From positions 1 to 39,826 of the IMG/VR virus record IMGVR_UViG_3300020045_011686: a stretch of 39,826 bases of DNA; one strand, 5' to 3'. Below the pieces are notes generated by a model, which was given only the letters and a program-made list of their open reading frames with translations, did not search any database and had not been told where the DNA came from. How positions within the stretch are numbered: position 1 is the stretch's first letter; each line of letters opens with the position of its first letter. Of this stretch, positions 32,584 through 39,826 are shown one piece after another. A program made the translations under genes and the position numbers. Origin of the DNA: a virus. Its lineage: Duplodnaviria; Caudoviricetes.

Positions 32584-32847
32584 CTATGCAGTTGTTGTTG
32601 ACGATGTACTGCTTGATGTCGAAGATGAGGTCGATGTCGAACTCGAAGTCGAGGTCGAAGTGGAAGTACTGCTACTCGAAGAACTGGTGCTCGATGAAGA
32701 GGAAGTACTTGAACTTGTCGACGACGTTGAGCTAGATGTGCTCGAGGAACTTGACGTACTCGAGGACGTAGACGTACTCGTCGAGGTCGATGTGGTCGTG
32801 AAGGTGAAGTTGGTGTTCGTAAGTGCGGTGAGTATAAATTCAGACAT
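32584..32847 (-). CDS. 87-aa Ser/Thr microprotein
   Basis: MSEFILTALTNTNFTF followed by ~70 consecutive S/T residues and a terminal Ala. Confidence 0.7.
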   Translation of the reverse strand: MSEFILTALTNTNFTFTTTSTSTSTSTSSSTSSSSSTSSSTSSTSSSTSSSSSTSSSSSSTSTSTSTSSSTSTSSSTSSSTSSTTTA

Positions 32848-32848
32848 A

Positions 32849-33199
32849 TTATGAGAATTCAACTAATGCAATACGGGTTGACGAAGCGGTGCTTCCTGCC
32901 TTCCTCACGCCCAGACCAAATACAGCGACGCTATCCCCAATGGGCAGTATATGGATTGAATTTGCGGGGATAACCGTGTGGTCTCCCGCGCTGTCGGTGG
33001 GGGTTGTAAACGTCCCATCGGCATTTTTGTTTACGAACTGGAGTGCGAGTGCCATCGGGCCTTTCACCTGAAGTTGGAGCCAAATGCGTCCACTTTGTGG
33101 TGAAGACCCGACGGACAGTTGCACCCATGTCGAGTTGTTTACCTGTTGCACACCAGCGGTTGCCGCGTGTGCGATACTATTTCCGTATAATCCTGACAT
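32849..33199 (-). CDS. virion-associated beta-rich protein
   Basis: 116 aa in head gene block. Confidence 0.6.
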   Translation of the reverse strand: MSGLYGNSIAHAATAGVQQVNNSTWVQLSVGSSPQSGRIWLQLQVKGPMALALQFVNKNADGTFTTPTDSAGDHTVIPANSIHILPIGDSVAVFGLGVRKAGSTASSTRIALVEFS

Positions 33200-33242
33200 G
33201 TGTTTGGGCGTTGCGATTTCTCAGAACGTCCGATACTAAGGG

Positions 33243-33650
33243 TTAAGACTTAGATTCAACTTTTTCTTGCTTCGTAACGAAGTCGTCGTACTCTCTAATA
33301 TCCCCGATGATTCCCTTGAATGGATACGACCCGATGGTGTACTCAACAAGGGTTTTGTCTCCGAGAATCTTATAGAGTTGCATACGAAGAAGTGGGGTAT
33401 CGTGTGTTTGACTTTGCGCCAAAACGATATTGACTCGTGAGTTTGGATTGTCCAAATCCTTTTTCGGTGCTTTTGACAACAACTCACTATCAACCATTTT
33501 CATCGCAAGGTGTTTTGCAATATGCAATCCAACGTGTTTTGAAAATGTGCGACGCTCCCCCGCCTTCAACGTATATGGTTCTCCGTTGTACTTCTGTACG
33601 AAGTCTTCTTTCGTGGGGTTTTGTAATTCCACAATATCTAACTCTGCCAT
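33243..33650 (-). CDS. hypothetical protein
   Basis: ATG 33650; NPTKEDF...YNGEPY...HIAKHLA. Confidence 0.7.
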   Translation of the reverse strand: MAELDIVELQNPTKEDFVQKYNGEPYTLKAGERRTFSKHVGLHIAKHLAMKMVDSELLSKAPKKDLDNPNSRVNIVLAQSQTHDTPLLRMQLYKILGDKTLVEYTIGSYPFKGIIGDIREYDDFVTKQEKVESKS

Positions 33651-33693
33651 GAATATAGTCCTAGTTTGATTATTTCTCTGAGTTAATTTTTGG

Positions 33694-34425
33694 TCAGTCG
33701 ATGGTGAGAAACACCGCGCCGTTTTCAGTCGTTGCAACGCCAGTTGCCGCGTACCCAACAGGGGCTTGCGCTTCCGTTGAAGCATTTGTGGCAACTTCGA
33801 CTGCTCCTGCGGTTCCGTTTGACGCAACCACAAGGGCTCCGACTGTTAGCGCACCATCAGCGAGAGGTGCGGAAATTCCGCGCGTTTGAATCCACCCGTA
33901 CTGAGCTGCGGTAATGTCATTCACCGCTACACCAACAACACATCCTGATGCGGTTGTCGGGTTTTGAATAACACCACTGTATGGGCTTGCCACAAGGTCT
34001 ACCTGTGAGGAAGACGATAGGGCTACCTGAATGGGGTCTTCGAGTTGGAAGGTGCATACTGCGCCAGTTGCAGCGGGGTGAGACTTGATTCGATACACCT
34101 CACCACGTCCCGTTCCTGCTTCGCCAGTGGGGATAAGATACCCTCCTGCGTATTGGTTTGCAGTCACGGTTACGGTGTCAGTGGTTGTTACGGATGTCGC
34201 TCCAACCGCAGCAGCCGCAACAATGCGGCTTTGATTGCCTGTTGCTTCCGCTGGGGACTGAAGAAGGTTTCCTGTAACGAGTGCCGAAGCTCCTGCCAAG
34301 ACGTAACGAAACGCACGTCCATCAGGAGTTACTAACTTTGTACCAAGTACCTGTGATGGTGTTGCCTCATCCAAAACGGGAGGGACACCAGCAAAGATTT
34401 GGGTTTCACCTGTGTATGTAGACAT
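33694..34425 (-). CDS. capsid decoration / cement-like protein
   Basis: Directly after capsid; LGT...DGRAFRYV, VGVAV...YGWIQTRG; Ala/Gly/Val/Thr-rich. Confidence 0.65.
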   Translation of the reverse strand: MSTYTGETQIFAGVPPVLDEATPSQVLGTKLVTPDGRAFRYVLAGASALVTGNLLQSPAEATGNQSRIVAAAAVGATSVTTTDTVTVTANQYAGGYLIPTGEAGTGRGEVYRIKSHPAATGAVCTFQLEDPIQVALSSSSQVDLVASPYSGVIQNPTTASGCVVGVAVNDITAAQYGWIQTRGISAPLADGALTVGALVVASNGTAGAVEVATNASTEAQAPVGYAATGVATTENGAVFLTID

Positions 34426-34427
34426 AA

Positions 34428-35438
34428 CTATGAAGTTACCGCAGTTCTACGCGCCATTGTGCGAGGCGAATCGCCGACTAACTGTCCTGCCCAGTAGAGG
34501 TGTCCTACGAGAGCATTTTGGTTTGTTGATTTCTTGAATCCGCTCCACGCGAATCCTTCTTTCGTTGCTTCTACCAAGTCGGCTGGGTAGTCGAGTTCGT
34601 AGAGAAAGAGGTGTTTCATGTTAAGCGTCCAAATGTTCCCCGACGTACACATCTCATCAGCCACAACAGGGATTCCACGGTAGTAAAACGAGTTTGCTCC
34701 ATGGTTCAGTCGAATTCCTTCGGTTCCGCCTGTCGGTGAACCCGTTGGAAGTGACTGGTTGTAGTTAATGTTCAGTGATGTCGGAGTTACGAGCCGTTCC
34801 ACAATCGAGAAAACAGTTGGCGTTGTCACGATTAAAGTCGGCGCATCGTTACCACGCTGTGCTGCATCATAGTCAGCCGCAAGGTTTGAAAAACCAAGCG
34901 CACCGCCCTGTGCATTACGCGTAGCACGAAGATTTGTGTACGTGTTTCGAGAAAGACCCTGATATGTGACCACATCAGTCGCGTCATCAACATGGTAGTT
35001 GAGTCCCGCGATGTCTTTGTTCGCATTGCCAGTTCCGTCGAGGTAGGCATCGGCACCAAGCTTTTCAGCAAGGTTACGAGAGATGTCTTCGAACTCCGTG
35101 GCAATGATGTTGAGATAGGCCTCTGGGCCCTTGTTTACGGCGAGCTGAATCCCACTGAATACTGCCTGAATGGTGTATTCCGATGGGTCGATAGTGAACT
35201 GTTGACGAACATTCTCTTGGTTCGTCGGAAGAGTGTCAAATCCCGAGAAGGACTGTGCACCCGTTCGGTTCGCTACCGTTGTGGAAATCGCCAGTCGTGT
35301 ACCACCCGTCCAAGGACGAGCAGAACCACGAAGTTGATTCCACAGTACGTTGCCGGTGAAAACGTTATCCACACATTTAGGAAAGAACTGATTCCTTGTC
35401 GTTGTGGTAACAAAATTTCCTAATTGAATTCCGGGCAT
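34428..35438 (-). CDS. major capsid protein
   Basis: 336 aa after scaffold; YLDGTG...IAGL, PTLIVTT, FYYRGIPVVADE patterns typical of HK97-fold capsids. Confidence 0.85.
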   Translation of the reverse strand: MPGIQLGNFVTTTTRNQFFPKCVDNVFTGNVLWNQLRGSARPWTGGTRLAISTTVANRTGAQSFSGFDTLPTNQENVRQQFTIDPSEYTIQAVFSGIQLAVNKGPEAYLNIIATEFEDISRNLAEKLGADAYLDGTGNANKDIAGLNYHVDDATDVVTYQGLSRNTYTNLRATRNAQGGALGFSNLAADYDAAQRGNDAPTLIVTTPTVFSIVERLVTPTSLNINYNQSLPTGSPTGGTEGIRLNHGANSFYYRGIPVVADEMCTSGNIWTLNMKHLFLYELDYPADLVEATKEGFAWSGFKKSTNQNALVGHLYWAGQLVGDSPRTMARRTAVTS

Positions 35439-35470
35439 AAGTTGTTACTAGCGGTTAATACCGCCCGTGG

Positions 35471-36070
35471 CTACTCGCCACCTTGCTCCTTGTACTTTGC
35501 TACGGCTTCCCGTGCAAGTTGATACATTGATTTTCCTTTAGTGTCAACGAATTCAGCTTTTTTACTTACGGTGCTCCGTGTTCCAGTAGGAGCGGACGGT
35601 TTCGGTTTTTTCTGAGTACCGTACTCCTTGAGGATTGAAACTGCGGCACGCGGAGTAACTTTGAACTTCGAGCAAACATCTAAAATTTGCTCTTCGGTGT
35701 ACGTATCGGATTCTTCAAGAATCTCGTCGAGTTCTCCTTCGAACTCTTTTGTGATACGCGTTTCCTCCGCTTTCTTCTGTGCTTCGATTTCTTGAGAAGT
35801 TTCGAGAATGAGTTTTTTGATATACTCCTTCGCTTCCTTCTCTTTACCCCCTTCGGCTTTTTCCTGAGAACCTCCCTTGAGTTTTTCAAGTTCGCCTTTT
35901 AGCGTGGCGAGTTCTTGTTCTTTCGCGGTAAGTTTCTCGCGGTACTTCGCCTTTTGGATAGCATACGAAGATTTTGGTTTCTCTTCTTCGCCACCCTTCT
36001 CTTCATTTTCTTCAGGAGTTTTGTCTCCTTCGATGATTTGGTCATCGGCCTGCTCGTTTTCTACAAACAT
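35471..36070 (-). CDS. scaffolding-like protein
   Basis: Highly charged E/K coiled coil between portal and capsid; ATG 36070. Confidence 0.7.
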   Translation of the reverse strand: MFVENEQADDQIIEGDKTPEENEEKGGEEEKPKSSYAIQKAKYREKLTAKEQELATLKGELEKLKGGSQEKAEGGKEKEAKEYIKKLILETSQEIEAQKKAEETRITKEFEGELDEILEESDTYTEEQILDVCSKFKVTPRAAVSILKEYGTQKKPKPSAPTGTRSTVSKKAEFVDTKGKSMYQLAREAVAKYKEQGGE

Positions 36071-36179
36071 AGCGTTTTCATTTTTGGACAGCTTTTGTGC
36101 TGATTTACTTAATAATTCATTTTTTGAATGGTGTTTTGTCACCAGTTGACTACATAGTACCACTTCGCACTGTCAAACA

Positions 36180-36263
36180 CTATTTCATCATATGCTTTTT
36201 CGCGGCCATCGCCATCTCCATCATCTTCTTTTTGTTACGCTTTTTCTTCTTATCCTCCATCAT
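36180..36263 (-). CDS. 27-aa Lys/Met-rich peptide (not in ORF track)
   Basis: MMEDKKKKRNKKKMMEMAMAAKKHMMK; ATGA overlap with portal stop. Confidence 0.5.
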   Translation of the reverse strand: MMEDKKKKRNKKKMMEMAMAAKKHMMK

Positions 36264-38041
36264 AAAACTTCTTTTGTTGTACCGGTAATTGGGGCGGTTC
36301 CTCCAACGTTCATTTCCGTGCGTTGCATTGAGTTGAGCGGAGTTTCCACGCCCCTCTCGGCCTTTGGAGCTCCTACGGTAGCGTTCGGAGAACCCGCAGA
36401 CACTTTCGCTGAAATCTCAGCGAGTTTTGCCTGTACTTCCATGGTGAGTTGACCTTGTTTCCATGCTAAGAGACGTTCCACGGTCTTTTCGGGGTTTGGA
36501 TAACCCAACTTCTCCAATAAGGTTACAGGGTCTACTGCACCCAACTGCCATAACTGAATTGACTGGTTGGCGATTTGAAGGTCGTCCATCTGTGGGCTCT
36601 TGCCATTTCGCACATCGATTTCAATGTAATCTTCAACATCATCGCGGTTGAGGTTGATGAACTCAACGGTTCCTTCTTCGCCCAATATCTTAATAACATG
36701 GTACTCCTCGTAGAACATCTTAATGAGTTGCACCAACCCATTCGCAAGACGGTTCATTCCACGATTCATGACACGGTTTAACGTATCAATACGGGTGAAG
36801 TCCTGTTGTCTTGAGATGATGTCTTGTCCAAGTGTCTTTGAATCCGCCGTTCCTCGAGTTGAGGAGTGCGTTCCCATGACGTTATCAAACACCATTTCAG
36901 AGTGTTGAAGATTTGCAAAGTGGGAGTTGGGAAGTGGAACGCCCGCCTCTCTGCGTAGTTTGTTTTCCGAAGCCACTCCCTTACCCATAATGACGAGACC
37001 GGGTTCAGAGGTGATGTTTTGCGCTTCCTCTTGGCTCATTGCGTCGGAATCAAGCAAGACCTGTCCGTTCCCCATGCGAACGAGGTTGTTTACAATCTGT
37101 CGCTTTTGAGTGTTGATGTCGTCTTGAATGGGAATAGCAATCTCTGTGAGCGAAGTGTCCCCAATGGGCGACTTGGAAATTCTGAAGTTTGTGAAGAAGA
37201 CGTAAGGGTCGGTGGGACGGTCGAGGTGGTTGTGGAACACTAAGTCCTTTTTTACGCGCGTATCTTTTATTCCCTGTCTGGTAACGTATTCCTCCGTATA
37301 CTCTTTTTCTTCGCCCTCAAAATCGTAATACGGATTGGCTTCTTTTTTCAGTAAACGGTTGTTTGCGAAAAACGCACATATCTCCGAAGTCCACACCTCG
37401 TATACCCGAGCAGTTTTCTTGTACGCTCCGCGTTGAGCGGTGTCGATTTTCGATTCCGTGTAGGTGAGATTGTCTTTTTCTCCGGGGAAATACTTTTCAA
37501 CTTCCTCTCGGGTCATTTCCAAAATCTCCATCTTGTACGGAAGGTCATGTGGGTCGAGGCGAAGTTTCGGAATCATGATGAGGCGCGGGTCAATGACCTT
37601 CACATCAATGTCATCCTTGTCGGTATTCCAATACCACTTCATCACACCGAATCGTAAGACAATGAGGTCTCTCACCACATCCTCTTTCTTGCGTTGCATT
37701 TCTAGTTCCGACCACTTCTTTTTCAAAACCTTCATCAACTTCTCCGCGCGTTTTACGGAAGTCCCTGATTCAGAACCCGGGGTGACTAAGAAGTCATCTG
37801 ATGCGGCAGTGACCATTGGGACGAGCGTTTCCGTTGTCTCGAAGATACGGTTGATAACCGTATCTGAATTATGCGCGGGAATTTGGTCTTTGTCGGTTTG
37901 ATTTCCTAAATAATACTCTTCAGAAACTTTCTGTTTCTTGAGCAACTCATCGTGATAACTCTGCGACTCTTTCAACCATTCGCTAAAAATCTGGACAAGT
38001 TCATCGTCCGTTGCTCCTAAATCAAATGTGTACTCGCTCAT
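36260..38041 (-). CDS. portal protein
   Basis: ~590 aa directly downstream of terminase; YYLGNQ, INRIF, FGVMK, IDPR, PIQDDIN podoviral-portal-like pattern. Confidence 0.85.
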   Translation of the reverse strand: MSEYTFDLGATDDELVQIFSEWLKESQSYHDELLKKQKVSEEYYLGNQTDKDQIPAHNSDTVINRIFETTETLVPMVTAASDDFLVTPGSESGTSVKRAEKLMKVLKKKWSELEMQRKKEDVVRDLIVLRFGVMKWYWNTDKDDIDVKVIDPRLIMIPKLRLDPHDLPYKMEILEMTREEVEKYFPGEKDNLTYTESKIDTAQRGAYKKTARVYEVWTSEICAFFANNRLLKKEANPYYDFEGEEKEYTEEYVTRQGIKDTRVKKDLVFHNHLDRPTDPYVFFTNFRISKSPIGDTSLTEIAIPIQDDINTQKRQIVNNLVRMGNGQVLLDSDAMSQEEAQNITSEPGLVIMGKGVASENKLRREAGVPLPNSHFANLQHSEMVFDNVMGTHSSTRGTADSKTLGQDIISRQQDFTRIDTLNRVMNRGMNRLANGLVQLIKMFYEEYHVIKILGEEGTVEFINLNRDDVEDYIEIDVRNGKSPQMDDLQIANQSIQLWQLGAVDPVTLLEKLGYPNPEKTVERLLAWKQGQLTMEVQAKLAEISAKVSAGSPNATVGAPKAERGVETPLNSMQRTEMNVGGTAPITGTTKEVL

Positions 38042-39531
38042 AATGTTTTCCAACTCCGCTCAAGTTGCAGGTCGGGTTTGAGATTATTCAAATAAATTTT
38101 CCCGTTGATAATACGATACCCTTTCTCTATTGTATCCCCATCTCTCCGTTCTCTCAAAACACCCCCCTGTACGGGAGCGGAATCCCAGAACGAAAGAAGG
38201 AGTGAAATAATACGGTCATCGTGGAACCCCTGCTTCGCTCCCATGCCCTTGCTATTCGCCTCATCCGAGTGCACAAATGACTTAAACTGTTCAACGGTTT
38301 TCCTTGAATACACTTTAGGGTCTTTGAGTCGTAATAAATCCTGAAAGTGTGACACGAGAAGGGGTTTGGTTTGTCGGGTCGTTCTCCAACCCAGCTTTTT
38401 CATGCGTTTCATGGTTGTTCTGTCCATCTCCTCTCTCTGGTAGATGATGATGTCGTTTTCGTCCCTTAATTTGTTCACAAACGCCATTCCCATGGAGTTC
38501 ATTTCAGGGATAACGAGGGGTTTGGTGTTTTTGTCCGAATATAACCTTGTAATATACGCGGTTTTTTCCGCAGCGACATCGGGGATGATGTATCCTTCAA
38601 GCACCGCGCACTCCTCGAGGGTATCAATATCAGTCACCGTAATAACGGTTGAGTCCTTCTTCTTCATTCCATCGGTCGGAGACCCTTCTCCCCCCTCGGC
38701 GATATCCACACCGACCTGATAACGATGCTTTGGAATGAATTCACGGTAGATTTCCCATCCTTCATGGATACGAATAGGGTCTTTTGCGTAATTCCCTAAA
38801 CGTTGGATATATTCAGGGGCGAAGACGGTGTTGGTTGAGAGTAAATCAATATCCCATATCCCATACACATACTGTTTTTTGTAACTTTCGGGGTATTTTA
38901 AGAGGTCTTCGATGTATTCTTTCGGTAAATTCTTTTCGTTCTCAAGCGTGGAACATTCAATCACTTCATATTCAGGTTTGGGATTCTGCTTAAACTCCGC
39001 AAACAACCACGTTAAGGCAGGGTTACAGGTTAAAAATATCCTTCGGTCTCCTTCCGCGACCACGTTTCTGCGAAGCCGACCCCTGAGTCCCATCACGACC
39101 GCCTGTGAAATATCTTCCGCTTGGTCAATAAACGCCGCCCCCAAGTTAAGAGAACGGATTTCTGATTCCGCAATCGTATCCAAGTGTCTAAAAATGATTT
39201 CCGACCCATTGTGAAATATGACCCTCCCTTCCGCTTTCAGATAATCCTTTATCAGCGCATCGGGACAGACGGTAAAGAATTCCTTGAGGAGTGTGTCTCT
39301 CAGTTCAGGGTAGGTTTTCCGACCCATTAAAATATAATTCCCTGCGTATTTCAGCGAGAGGTCGATTGCCTTGAGGGTTAAAATCAGCGACTTCCCCGCC
39401 CCATACCCTCCTGAAAATAGAACGAACTTCTTCTTCGACTCCCAGAACTTCTCTTGGGAAGGAGTTAAGAACCACTCCCCATAGCATTCACCTGTGGATA
39501 AGTCCTCGAAGGCAACCCTAAACTCGTTCAT
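38038..39531 (-). CDS. terL: terminase large subunit
   Basis: Walker A GGYGAGKS, Walker B AAFIDQAE, LTCNP, nuclease VGVDIAEG and HDD. Confidence 0.93.
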   Translation of the reverse strand: MNEFRVAFEDLSTGECYGEWFLTPSQEKFWESKKKFVLFSGGYGAGKSLILTLKAIDLSLKYAGNYILMGRKTYPELRDTLLKEFFTVCPDALIKDYLKAEGRVIFHNGSEIIFRHLDTIAESEIRSLNLGAAFIDQAEDISQAVVMGLRGRLRRNVVAEGDRRIFLTCNPALTWLFAEFKQNPKPEYEVIECSTLENEKNLPKEYIEDLLKYPESYKKQYVYGIWDIDLLSTNTVFAPEYIQRLGNYAKDPIRIHEGWEIYREFIPKHRYQVGVDIAEGGEGSPTDGMKKKDSTVITVTDIDTLEECAVLEGYIIPDVAAEKTAYITRLYSDKNTKPLVIPEMNSMGMAFVNKLRDENDIIIYQREEMDRTTMKRMKKLGWRTTRQTKPLLVSHFQDLLRLKDPKVYSRKTVEQFKSFVHSDEANSKGMGAKQGFHDDRIISLLLSFWDSAPVQGGVLRERRDGDTIEKGYRIINGKIYLNNLKPDLQLERSWKTL

Positions 39532-39800
39532 AGGTACCTCCCACGGGTTCTCCAATCGCTCTGTTTTGAAGCGTCCCAGTTCTTCTTTTCTTCACTCTGC
39601 TTCCACTCATCCTTCGCCATGCGTTCCTTCTTCTCCAATGCCTCCTTGTTGGCTTTTACCTTCCCTCCCCACACTCTATCAAAATCCTTCTGCCCGGGTT
39701 GTAATATATCAAATTTGTGTTGTTCTTGGAGTTTGGCTAAATGCTTCCGTCCTTCAGACGATTTCACCAACTCGTTTACGGAAACAGGCATGTCACTCAT
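39528..39800 (-). CDS. hypothetical protein upstream of terL
   Basis: 90 aa, ATGA overlap with terL; no recognisable TerS motif. Confidence 0.65.
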   Translation of the reverse strand: MSDMPVSVNELVKSSEGRKHLAKLQEQHKFDILQPGQKDFDRVWGGKVKANKEALEKKERMAKDEWKQSEEKKNWDASKQSDWRTRGRYL

Positions 39801-39826
39801 ATATATACAGTAACACAGATTTACTA

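Noticed and set aside
36154-36176. TTGACA plus TACTAT on minus strand upstream of scaffold
   Set aside because: Spacer is only 11 nt; at best an extended -10 (TGGTACTAT) promoter, too weak to call
39528-39800. Small terminase call
   Set aside because: Position fits but no HTH or TerS-like motif is visible
1-39826. Stop-codon reassignment, tRNA genes and terminal repeats
   Set aside because: Genes tile densely under code 11 with TAA, TAG and TGA all used as stops; no tRNA cloverleaf was noticed; the window ends share no obvious repeat

Overview
This window is most of the genome of a tailed dsDNA bacteriophage (genetic code 11), probably podovirus-like, with two convergent arms. The minus strand (39800 to 16607) holds large terminase, portal, scaffold, major capsid, decoration/neck/tail and ejection-like proteins, and a holin/muramidase cassette. 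No tape-measure or major tail tube gene is visible. The plus strand (12 to 16565) holds an amidoligase + class-II glutamine amidotransferase operon, many small early genes, VRR-NUC, HNH, NinG-like and DEDD nucleases, a papain-like peptidase with a peptidoglycan-binding domain, and a sugar-modification cluster (GT4, UDP-sugar 6-dehydrogenase, methyltransferase, intein-containing GT2). The most striking signal is three morphogenesis-operon proteins with long, almost pure Ser/Thr (mucin-like) tracts. A second GT2 + methyltransferase pair is wedged between them, and two of them share a C-terminal motif. Together these suggest a phage-encoded O-glycosylated virion stalk/glycocalyx system (inference). 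Other signals: three strongly base-paired non-coding regions (about 2610-2935, 3365-3508, 6552-6718); DnaA boxes directly upstream of four sigma70-type promoters; a reverse-oriented island of genes with strong Shine-Dalgarno sites in an otherwise SD-poor genome; a repeated ACCCATTAACCA motif delimiting small gene cassettes; and apparent GATC avoidance. No integrase, polymerase, helicase or primase was recognised. A Patescibacteria (CPR)-type host is plausible but only inferred. All calls come from reading motifs by eye; no searches were run.
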